A stretch of DNA of 64,000 nt from Vicugna vicugna (lineage: Eukaryota), in assembly GCA_013265495.1 (NCBI GenBank), contig MU057640.1:248001-312000 (forward strand). The letters run 5' to 3'. Positions 26,431 to 37,458 of the stretch are shown one piece after another. The notes under the pieces are model-generated. The model searched no databases. It was given only the letters and a program-made list of their open reading frames with translations, and was not told the origin of the DNA. Numbering within the stretch: position 1 is the stretch's first letter; the number at the start of each line of letters is the position of its first letter. A program made the translations under genes and the position numbers.

Positions 26431-28302
26431 TGGATTCAGCCATTCTTTAACACAGTTATGCTTCTATTCTTTTTGGTATGTAAGGCAAATAAATTCCTTT
26501 TCCCAAATCAGTCTGAACTGAGTTTTCCATCCCTTCAACAGAAAGAGCCCTAAATAATACAGTTATATATCACTTGTAGACGACAGGCCAACCCATTCAT
26601 TTATAATGATAGTCCATTCCCTCCTGAGTTTTTCCTCATAGGCCCTTGCTAAGGAAAGCGGCTATAGATAATTAATTTGGATATTGGTAACCACACTATG
26701 TGCATTCTGGCCCTATTTCTATGGCCATATCTGAGCCAACTGGTCAGCAAAATATCACGTGACTGATAAAAAAACATTCTTTAGCTGGACCAAGCAGATC
26801 TTCTCAAGAATCTAAACTGAAGATGCAGTGGAGTCAATGAATTGATAGCAAAAGAGAAATGCAGTGATAGGTGAAAACAGGTCAAAAACAGGTCACTAGA
26901 ATAGGGACCTTTGTGCCCTGGATTGAGAGGAGTAGATTACTGGAAATCTCATCAAGGCACCTGAGCTGTCATCAGAACTGCTGGAGCTAAGGCTCCAGCT
27001 TCATCTCCTGATGAAGATCTAGTCTCCCAGAGGCCCGGACATGTACCTTCAGTTCCTTCTTCAGCATTTCAGGGCACCTGCCACAGCATGATCATCTATT
27101 TCTCGCATAGTTTCCCTATTGGACATTGAGTTCCTTCAAGGAAGGTACCATGTGTTTATTCACCTTTAAATGGCCAACCTAGATATGTAATATTCACAAA
27201 AGTAATGTTTGATTTTTAAAAATCACAACCTGTTTTTAAAATATAACAAAATAGTTTTAAACAGCCAAGTATCAATCAGTTTTTCTCTACATCTCTGCCT
27301 AGAGCTCCAATTTATGCTACTTTACTATCAAGATTTAGACTTAATGCAAATTCAAACTGGCATTATTAAAAATTTATGTGATTATAGAAGATAGATCTAT
27401 TGCTGTATCAGGCCTTCTGAAATTATCAAAAAACAAGTAATAATATTGGGTGAAAGAGGAAATGGGTGTAAAAAAGGACAGTTTTCCATATGAAGTGATG
27501 AGTTAGACTGTGCTTTGGGCTATAAAGAAGAGATCAAGTAGCCTTGAAAAATGGAGGGTTTGTTAAAATATAATGATAGAAATATGCAAAGTACTAGTAG
27601 CAGCACTTAGTCTAGCCTGAGGATCTGGGGAGGTCAGGGAAGGCTTCCAGGAGGAAGAATTACCCTGAGCTATGTTTAACTGGGACTACAGAGGGAGGAC
27701 AAGTGATGAATAACATGTGAAAATTGCTCCCTTTTATTAGTAATCATAGAAGTGCTAATACCGTCTTGAGATATCATTTCAAACCACTTTGTTGGTTAAA
27801 AAAATAGAAGTCTAATAATACAAGGATGTAGAATAACAAATACTTAGGGGTGGCTGGTGGAAAGGTATATTGGTACAACTCTTTGGTGTAACCTAGAAAA
27901 ATAAAGCATGTGCTTTCCCTATGACCTAGCAGTTCCACTCCTAATTTTGTTCAGAGAAACTTTTGCATATATGTACCATGACACATTTTCAAAAATGTCC
28001 ATGGCACTATTGTTCATAAAGGAAAAAAATTATGGAAACTACTCAAATGTCTGACGAGAGAATAGACCTACATATTTTCAAAAAAGTCACATGAGCATTA
28101 TATAAAAACAGAATGAATAAACTACAGTCACACACATGAGGTGATGAGTAAAAACATATAACTCTGTATATTGTATGATACCATTATTTTAAAGATAAAA
28201 AAACTGGTATAAGTAATAATCTGTTGTTTAATGAAACATGTGTAAATGTATATGTGGTAAAATGATACTTGTTTTTCAACTTTCATTCATTAATAGGCCT
28301 AG

Positions 28303-28428
28303 GGGTTTTTTGGGGGGGGGCGGTAATTAGGTTTGTTTGTTTGTTTGTTTATTTTTAATAAAGGTACTGGGGATTGAACCCAGGACCTTGTGCTAAGCAT
28401 ACACTCTACCCTGAGCTAAACCCTCCCC
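28303..28428 (-). mobile_element. tRNA-Ala-derived SINE (vic-1-like)
   Basis: taattagg...ggtactggggattgaacccaggacc...tgagcta is the reverse complement of the family sequence. Confidence 0.85.
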
Positions 28429-29954
28429 TGTAAGTTTTTTTTTAATATTAAATCAGTATATAGAAATCTGCTTTATTTTTAAAACTGCTACATTTTATTC
28501 CATAATATGATTGTGTCACAGTGTCTGGACTAGAAAGTTTTTAGAAACAAGAAACAGACAATTCAACTCAAAACGGCTTAAACAGAAAGGAAATGTATTT
28601 GCCCGATCAGCAGAAAGACTAGATAGGTTACCTTTCAAGGCCAAGTAGTTCTGAATCTCAGTAATTTTATCAAGAATGAGGTTCTTCCTGTCTTTATTTT
28701 TTCCTACCTCTCTGCTCTACCATCTACAATGTGGGCCTCATTTTAAGGCTGGCTAGCTCCCCTTGTGGCCATAGGATGACTACATTGAGTCCACATGATT
28801 TTTTTTTAATTTAGGAGAAAGTATAAGTAGATTTCAGATGTTCTTCCGGAACATCAAGGAAGAACTATCCAGAAGCCCCAGGATTGAATCACATCCTAAA
28901 CTGAGTTTCTTGCTCCTGCCTGAATCAATAATTGGCAAGATAGATACAAATACTCTTACAAAATCAGGCCTATCCCTTGAGCTAAGAGTGAAGTCAGCTT
29001 TTTCTGAAATCTAAGGTCTATGCTGGAGAAAGGTGGATATTTGAACAAAATTAGAAATCTGTTAGAAAAGAGGAAGAGGGAAATGGATACTGACAAGGCA
29101 GTCATTGTCCACTACACAGTTTATTTCTTCATTCTTTTTTAATGAATATTGGTCTCCAATTTGTATGCATCCTGCAAATACCATGTTTATACATGTTTCC
29201 TTCAAAATGTGTGTCCATAATTCTCTAGGACTGATACTTAGGAGTGGAAAAGAAAGGTGGAAGGGTATGCTAATTTCTAAATTTGAATAGGTACTACCAA
29301 ATAGCTCTTCAAAAGGGCTACAACAATTATATTTCTACAAATACATACATATACATACACATGTATATAAACCTCACTGTAATGGGAGACAATAATACTA
29401 AATTTAGTTTAACCTACATTCCCCTGACCTCCCCTAGTGAAGGTGAGTATCTTACCCTACAACTGTTATCTGAACCTGGTCTCCACCAATCCTATGAAAC
29501 TACATCAACATTTTTGCCAAGTCCAGTGAACAATTCTTAGCCTTTATTTTATTTCACTTCTCTTGTATTTAAAACCTTTGACCACTACGCTTTGACAGAT
29601 CCTCTTTCTGTGGTTTCTGTGTCCCACACTCTTCCTCCTACCGCAGTGCTTCCTGTTCAGTCTCCTTAGGAGGGTCCTCTTCTTATGCTCATGTCTTAAA
29701 ATGTTGGTCTTCCTCAGTGTCCTGTTGCAGGCCTTCCTCTCTTCTTACTCTAAGTGATTCCACAGCTGACTTAACTGCTTTTAGGGATTCAGCAATCATG
29801 TGTTCCCATATCTATATGTACACGTATAGCCGAGATCACTTGAATTCCTTTCACTTAGCAGCCAGCTACCTACTGAGTATCTCCATTAGAATACTCCCTG
29901 GGCATCTCAAACCCAGCCTGGGCATAGCTACACTGATTATAGCTTCTGCTGTTT

Positions 29955-31920
29955 TTTGTTTTGTTTTAAAAGTAAAGTTCACATAAAACTCACAATTTTA
30001 GACATTCTTACATCTACAATCCAGTGGCTTTTAGTACATCCACAATGTTGTGTTACAATCACCGATTTCAGAACATTTTCATCAACCTAAATAAAAACTC
30101 TGGACATTGATCAGTCACTCCCTATTGCCCACTCCCCATAGCCTCTGATAACCACTGATCAGATTTTTTGCCTCTGTGGATTTGCCTATTCTGGGCACCT
30201 CCTATAAACAGAAACACAGGATATGTGGCCTTCTCTGCCTGACTTCTTTCTCTTAACATGTTGTCAGGGTTCACCCATGTTGAACCATGTGATGGTACTT
30301 CATTTCTTCTTTGGATTATATATGTTATATGGCTATACCACATTTTATTTATCCATTCATCAGTTGATGGACATTTGGATTATTTCCACCGTGAATAATG
30401 GTACTGTGCACATTTGTGTACATAATTTGTTTGAACATGTTTTCAATTCTCTTGGATATATCGCTGGGAGTAGAATTGTGAGATCATATGATAATCCTAT
30501 GTTTAACTTTTTAAGGAAATACCAAAATGTTTTCCACAGTAGCTACACCTACCAGCAAAGTCTGAGGATTCCAATTTGTCCACATCATTGCCAATACTTG
30601 TTATTCTCTGAGGTTTTTTTTTCTTAATAATACCTGTCCTTATAGATGTGAGCTGGTATCTCATTGGAGTTTTGATTTACATTTCTCTAACAATGATGTT
30701 GAGCATCTTTTCATGTGCTTTTTCTCCATAAATATATCTTCTTTGGAGAAATGTCTAGTTATAATCTTTGCCCTTTTTAAGTCTGTTGACTTTTTATTAT
30801 TAAGTTTTAAGAATTCTTTATGTATTCTGAATTTAGACCCTTATCAGATGTACGATTTCCATTTTTCCCCCCCATTCTGTGGGGGTCTTTTCACTTTCTT
30901 TACAGCATCCTTAGATGAACAAAATTTTTAAATTTTGATGAAGTCCAACTTACTTTTTTTTTTTTGCTAGTGCTTTTGATTTTATATTTAAGAAACTGTA
31001 GCCAAATCTAAGGTGTCTTAGTGTGTTCCAGGCTGCTGTAGCCAAATGCCACAGACTGGTAGCTTTATGAGCAGCAGAAACTTACTGCTCGCAGTTCTAG
31101 AGGCTAGAAGTCCAAGATCAGGATGCTAGCATGGCCAGGTGAGGGCCCTCTTCCTAGCTGCCGCTTATATCCTCACAAGACAGAGAGGGGCTAGAAAGCT
31201 CTGTGGGATCTCTTTTATAAAAACACTAAACCCATTCATGAGGACTCCACCCTCCCTAATCATCTCCCAAATGCCCCACTTATTAATATCATCACCTTTG
31301 GGGATTATGATAACAACATATGAATTTTGGAGAGACAAACATTCAGACTTTGGAACAAGGTCACATAGATGAACCTGTATTTTTCTGAAAGTTTTATAGT
31401 TTTAGTTTTTACACTTAGGTCTTGGATTCATTTAAGTTAACATTTGTATATGTTGTGATATAGGGGGTCCAGATTCATTTTTTTTTTGTATGTGGATATC
31501 CAGTTATCCCAGCACCATTTCTTGAAAAGACTAATTTTTTCTCCGTTGAAAAGTCTCAGAACTCTTGTAGAAAATCAACTGACAAGAAATGAATGTTTCA
31601 AGACTGCTATTCAAGGTTCCTTGCAATTCCACATGAATTTTAAGATCAACTGTCCATTTCTACAAAAAAAAAAAGGTAGTTGGAATTTTGATAGGAATTT
31701 CATTGAATCTGTAGATAAATCCGGGGAATACTGTCATCATAAAAATATTAAGTCTTTCAATCCATGAACACAGGATGTCTTTCCATTTATTTTTATCTTC
31801 TTTAATTTCTGTCAATAATGTATTGTATTTTTCAGTTTATAAGTCTTGCATCTCTTTGGTTAATTTTATTCCAAGGTAGTTCATTCTTTTTCATGTTATT
31901 TTAAGTGGGATTATTCTCTT
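29955..31920 (-). mobile_element. Old antisense L1 (L1M), left portion
   Basis: T-rich antisense L1 ORF2/3' UTR motifs (tccattcatcagttgatggacattt; atccatgaacacaggatgtctttccattt). Confidence 0.8.
31014..31355. mobile_element. MaLR (MLT1A/MST-like) solo LTR inside the old L1
   Basis: Starts tgtcttagt; MaLR motifs (cagttctagaggctagaagtccaagatca); about 5-bp Yaagg duplication. Confidence 0.75.
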
Positions 31921-32226
31921 CTGAAACCATGAAACTCCTGGAAGTAATTAAACATAGCTAGCAAGCTACTTGACATCAGTCTTACAATAATTTTTTTGGA
32001 TCTGACACCAAAAACAAAGGCAACAAAAGCAAAAATAAACATCAAACTAAAAAGTTTCTGCATGGCAAAAGAAACCATCTATGAAGTGAAAAAGCAACCT
32101 ATTGAATGGGAGAAAATATTTGCAAGTCATATATCTGATAAGGGGTTAATATCCAAAATACATATAGAACTCATACAACTCAATAACAACAACAACAAAA
32201 CATCCAATTAAAAAATGGGCAGAATA

Positions 32227-32801
32227 CATATGCAGCAAAATGAATGGACCTAGAGATTATCATACTAAATGAAGTCGGTCAGAAAGATAAATACCGTATA
32301 ATATCAGTATGTAGAATCTGAAAAAAAAAGATATAGGGGGAGGGTATAGCTCAAGTGGTAAAGTGTATGCTTAACATACTCAAGGTCCTGGGTTCAAACC
32401 CCAGTACATCCTCTAAAAATAAATAAACAAGTAAACCTAATTACCTCCCCCCCAAAATTTTAAAATATAATTAATTAAAAAAAGATACAAATGAACTTAT
32501 TTACAAAACAGAAACAGACTCGCAGACATAGAAAAAATGGGTTACCAAATGGGAAAGAGGGGAGAGAGGGATAAATTAAGAGTTTGGGATTTGCAGATAC
32601 AAACTACTATATTTAAAATAGATAAACAATAAGGTCCCACTGTATAGCACAGGGAAATATATTCAATATGTTGTAATAACCTATAATTACAAAAAATATA
32701 AAAAAGAATATATATATAAATGTATAACTAAATCTCTATGCTGTATACCAGAAACTAACACAACATTGTAAGTCAACAATACTTCAATTTAAAAAAAACC
32801 C
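32227..32801 (+). mobile_element. Younger L1 3' fragment nested in the L1MA-like element
   Basis: Has its own 3' end (aacacaacattgtaagtcaacaatacttcaat + A run); 7-bp repeat cagaata at 32220-32226 and 32802-32808. Confidence 0.75.
32336..32476 (+). mobile_element. vic-1-like SINE inserted in an L1 fragment
   Basis: Family sequence; TSD about aaaaaaagata. Confidence 0.88.
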
Positions 32802-33625
32802 CAGAATATCTGAATAGACATTTTTCCAAAGAAGACATACAGATGGCCAACAGGTACATGAAAAGATGCTCATCACTAATCATCAGGGAAATACAAATCA
32901 AAACCACAGTGATATATCACCTCACATTAGTTAGAATGGCTATCATCAAAAAGACATGAGGTAAGAAGTGTTGGTAAGAATGTGGAGAAATCGTGCACTG
33001 TTGGTGGGAATGCAAACTAGTGCAGCCACTATGGAAAGCAGTATGGAACATCCTCAAAAAATTAAAAATAGAACTACCATAGGATCCAGCAATTTCACTT
33101 CTGGATATTTATTCGAAGAAAATTAAAACATTAATTCAAAAAGATATATGCACCCCCATGTTCATCGTAGTGTTATTTATGATAGTCAAGATATGGAAAC
33201 AACCTAGATGTCCATCACTGGATGAATGGATAAAGAAGATGTGAATGAAATATTATTCAGTTATAAAAATAATGAAACCTTGCCATTTGTGACAACATAG
33301 ATGGACCTTGTGTGCATTATGCTAAGTGAAGTAAGTCAGACAGAGGAAAACAAATACTATATGCCTTCACTTTTATGTAGAGTCTGAAAAACAAAAGAAA
33401 ACAAAACCAAGCTCAAAGATGCAGAGAACAGATTGGTAGTTTCCAGAGGTGGAGTTTGAGGGTGGGTAGAATGATGAAGGTCCAAAGGTACAAACTTCCA
33501 GTTATAAAATAAATAAATCATGGGGATGTAATATACAACATTGTGACTATAGTAAATAATACTGAATTACATATTTGAAAGTTTAAAATAAATCTTAAAC
33601 TTTCTTATTACAAGAAAAAATTGTA

Positions 33626-35116
33626 GCCGCGGCTCCTGAGATTTGGCCAGGCCGTTGTCGCCTTCGCTGTCGCCGCCGCCGCCATGGCTCAGTACAAGGG
33701 TGCAGCGAGCGAGGCGGGCCGCGCCATGCACCTGATGAAGAAGCGGGAGAAGCAGCGCGAGCAGATGGAGCAAATGAAGCAGAGGATCGCCGAGGAGAAC
33801 ATCATGAAATCCAACATTGACAAGAAGTTCTCTGCACACTATGACGCCGTGGAGGCAGAGCTCAAGTCCAGCACTGTGGGTCTGGTGACCCTGAATGACA
33901 TGAAGGCGAAGCAGCAGGCACTGGTGAAGGAGCGGGAGAAGCAGCTGGCCAAGAAGGAGCAGTCGAAGGAGCTGCAGCTGAAGCTGGAGAAACTGCGAGA
34001 GAAGGAGCGCAAGAAGGAGGCCAAGCGGGAGATCTCCAGCCTGTCCTTTACACTGGAGGAAGAAGAGGAGGCAGGCGAGGAGGAGGAAGAGGTGGTCATG
34101 TATGAGGAGGAGCTGGAAAGGGAAGAGGTCACCACAAAGAAGAGGAAACTGGGGAAGAATCCAGATGTGGACACCAGCTTCCTGCCTGACCGAGACCGGG
34201 AGGAGGAGGAGAATCGGCTCCGGGAAGAGCTCCGGCAGGAGTGGGAAGCCAAGCAGGAGAAGATCAAGAGCGAGGAGATTGAAATCACGTTCAGTTACTG
34301 GGATGGCTCTGGACACCGGCGAACAGTCAAGATGAAAAAGGGCAACACAATGCAGCAGTTCCTGCAGAAGGCACTGGAGATCCTGCGCAAAGACTTCAGT
34401 GAGCTCAGGTCAGCAGGAGTGGAGCAGCTCATGTACATCAAGGAGGACCTAATCATACCCCACCACCACAGCTTTTACGACTTCATTGTCACCAAGGCAC
34501 GAGGAAAGAGTGGGCCTCTCTTTAACTTCGATGTTCACGACGATGTGCGGCTGCTCAGTGACGCCACAGTGGAGAAGGATGAGTCGCACGCAGGCAAGGT
34601 GGTGCTGAGGAGCTGGTATGAGAAGAACAAGCACATTTTCCCCGCCAGCCGCTGGGAGCCCTACGACCCTGAGAAGAAGTGGGACAAGTACACGATCCGG
34701 TGAAGGTGGAGGTGCACGGTCCCCCTTTCCCCGCGGCTCCAGGACTCTGGGCACCTGGCCCTCTCTCTGAGACAGGATGGGCCAATCATCTGCTGCCCCG
34801 GCGCTGTCATTACTGCTTTTTTCTTTTATGATAAAGAAACGTCCATGTCAGTTGGAGCACCTGCACTGTTTCATTGAAAAAAATTTTTTTATCGAGATAA
34901 AACTCGCATAATGTGAAATTCACCATTTTGACCACTGGCAAGTGTACCATTCAGGGTTGTTTAGTACATTCACACTGTTGTGAGTCACCCCAAAAGGAGA
35001 CCCCACATCTGTTAGCAGTACCCCCCAGCCCCTCGCACCCCCAGACTACTTTCTGTCTGGATGGATTTGCCTGTTCTGGAAGTTTCGCATAAATGGAATG
35101 ATATGAAAAAAAAAAA
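33626..35116 (+). pseudogene. FAM50A: Processed (retrotransposed) copy of FAM50A mRNA: 58-nt 5' UTR, ORF, ~400-nt 3' UTR, poly-A; may be a functional retrogene rather than a pseudogene
   Basis: No introns. Poly-A at 35106-35116. Identical 14-bp TSD AAGAAAAAATTGTA at 33612-33625 and 35117-35130. It interrupts a contiguous L1 3' end. Confidence 0.93.
33684..34703 (+). CDS. FAM50A: Intact intronless FAM50A (XAP5) ORF, 339 aa, in a retrocopy (candidate retrogene; expression unknown)
   Basis: [20 protein letters not shown]...WDKYTIR matches FAM50A in sequence and length. Kozak gccgccATGg; no stops or frameshifts. Confidence 0.9.
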   Translation: MAQYKGAASEAGRAMHLMKKREKQREQMEQMKQRIAEENIMKSNIDKKFSAHYDAVEAELKSSTVGLVTLNDMKAKQQALVKEREKQLAKKEQSKELQLKLEKLREKERKKEAKREISSLSFTLEEEEEAGEEEEEVVMYEEELEREEVTTKKRKLGKNPDVDTSFLPDRDREEEENRLREELRQEWEAKQEKIKSEEIEITFSYWDGSGHRRTVKMKKGNTMQQFLQKALEILRKDFSELRSAGVEQLMYIKEDLIIPHHHSFYDFIVTKARGKSGPLFNFDVHDDVRLLSDATVEKDESHAGKVVLRSWYEKNKHIFPASRWEPYDPEKKWDKYTIR

Positions 35117-36382
35117 AAGAAAAAATTGTAACTATATATGGTGATGGATATTAACTAGTCTTATTGTGGTGCTTATTTTGCAGTGTATACAAATACTGAA
35201 TCATTATGTCACACACCTGAAACTAATATAATGTTATATGCCAATTATACCTCAGTTTTAAAAAATGACTTGGGAGATGTTGTCTCTTCCATTTTCTAGA
35301 AGAATTTGTGTGGAATTGTGTAGAATTAGTATTGCTTCTTCATTAAGTGTTTGGTAGAATCCAGCCGCAAAGCCATCTGGGCTTGGAATTGTCTTTGTGG
35401 GGAGGTTTTAAACTAAAATTCAACTTAATGGATAAAGGGTTATTTAGGTTGTTTCTCCTTGAGTCACGTTTGGCAGTTTGTGTCCTTTAAGGAATTCGGC
35501 CATTTCTTACAAGTAGTAAATTTATTGACATAATGTTATTAATAATATTTCTTTATTATTATTTTATTGTATATAGGATTTATAATGGTTTTCTTCCATT
35601 TCATAATGGTTTCTGTGTGTTTTCTTTTTCTTTTTTCTTTTTTTGTTAAGTCTAGATATAAATTTATCTTTTAAAAATCCTTTCAAGGAAACGTCTTTTG
35701 GATTATTTTCTCTTTTGTTTTCTATGTCATTGATTTCTGCTCTGATCTGAATTATTTTCTTCTCCCTGTTTATTTTGGATTTAACTTGCTCTTGTTTCCT
35801 AACATCATAAGATGGTAGCTTAAATAACTGCTTTGAGACCTTTATTCTTTCTGAGACAAGCATTATATTCTACCAATTTCTCTCTAAGCATTGTGTTTAT
35901 TTCTTGATTTTTCATTTTCATTTAGCCCAGAACTTTCTAATTTCCCTTGTGGCTTCTTTGACCAAAGCATTGTTTAGAAGTGCATTATTTAATTTCCAAA
36001 TATTTGCGGATTTTTCAGATATATTTCAGTTATGTATTTCTAGTTAATTCCATTGTGGTCAGAGAAAATATTTTATATGACTTCAATACTTCTAAATTTA
36101 TTGGGACTTGTTTTATTGTCCAACAGAATTTAGCTTGATGAGTATCCTGCGGGCACTTGAAAAGAATGTGTATTCCACTGTTGCTGGGTAATGTCACTAT
36201 GTCAAGTTGGTTGATAATGTTATTCACATCTTCCATATCCTTACTGATTTCCTTCCTATTTTTTGTGTCAATTATTGACAGTGATATAAAAATTTCCAAC
36301 TCTATTTGTGGATTTGTCTATTTCTCCTTTCAATTCTTTCAATTTTTGCTATCTATCTGTCTATCTATCTACACACACATAT

Positions 36383-37089
36383 ATAGAAGTATAGTTGATT
36401 TACAATGTTGTGTTAGTTTCTGGTATACAGTATAGTGATTCAGTCATACATATTATATTTTTCCATATTCTTTTTCATTAAAGGTTATTATAAGATATTG
36501 AATATAGTCCCCTGTGCTATACAGAAGAAATTTATTTTTTTGATCTATTTTTGTATATAATGGCTAACATTTGCAAATCTCAAACTCCAAAATTTATCGC
36601 TTTCCACCCCCTTTGCCCCAGTAACTGTAATATTGTTTGCTATATCCGTGGGTCTGTTTCTGTTTTGTAGATGAGTTCATTAGCATCTTCTTTTTTTCTT
36701 TTTTTAAATTCCACATATGAGTGATATCATATGGTATTTTTCTTTCTCTTTCTGGCTTACTTCACTTAGAATGATGATCTCTAGGTCCATCCATGTTGCT
36801 GCAAATGGCATTATTTTATTCTTTTTAAAGGCTGAATAGTATTCCACTGTATAAGTATACCACAATTTCTCTATCCAGTCATCTGTCAATAGACATTTAG
36901 GTTGCTTCCGTGCCTTGGCTATTGTTTATAGCACTGCTATGAACATTAGTATGCATGTATCTTTTGAAATTAGAGTTCCCTCTGGATATATGCCAGGAGT
37001 GGGATTGCTGGATCATACATATGTCTTTTTTTAGTTTTCTGAGGAATCTCCATACTGTTTTCCATAATGGAAACTACAAACTACATTCT
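36383..37089 (-). mobile_element. Relatively young L1 3' end nested in the old L1
   Basis: ORF2 C-terminus DDWIEKLWYTYTVEYYSAFKKNKIMPFAATWMDLEIIILSEVSQKEKEKYHMISLICGI plus 3' UTR. Confidence 0.85.
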
Positions 37090-37412
37090 GTGGGTTTACA
37101 GGTTTCAATAAATTTGGAAAACTTTTGGCCATTTATTTCTTGAAATATTTTCTGTCCTCTCTCTTTCTCTCCTTTCCTTTTGTGATATCAATACATGAGA
37201 TTGCTTGATACTGTTCTGCAGATTGCTGATGTTCTGTTCATTTTTTTTCAGTCATTTTTCTTCCAGTGTTTCATTTTCAGAACCTTCTATGGCTATGTTT
37301 CCCCTGACTCCGCCCTGTAGTGTTTAATCTATTGTTAATCCTACATGGTGTATCTTTCATTTGAGATAGTGTATTTTTAATTTCTAGAAGTTCAATTCGC
37401 TCTTTCTAAAAA

Positions 37413-37458
37413 TATATATATATATGTGTGTGTGTGTATATATATATATTTATATATA
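37413..37458. repeat. (TA)n(TG)n(TA)n compound microsatellite
   Basis: Read directly. Confidence 0.9.

Larger units (their letters stand above)
31921..35266 (+). mobile_element. L1MA-like 3' portion (ORF2 remnant + 3' UTR), host of a nested L1 fragment, a SINE and the FAM50A retrocopy
   Basis: ORF2-like peptide [25 protein letters not shown]; the 3' UTR resumes seamlessly after 35130. Confidence 0.85.

Noticed and set aside
33567..34316. 249-aa antisense ORF (and other ORFs) overlapping FAM50A
   Set aside because: Leu/Ser-rich mirror of the GAG/AAG-rich sense codons; a typical shadow ORF.
33684..34703. Calling the ORF FAM50B
   Set aside because: The 339-aa length and N-terminus match FAM50A, and intact TSD and poly-A indicate a much younger event than FAM50B.
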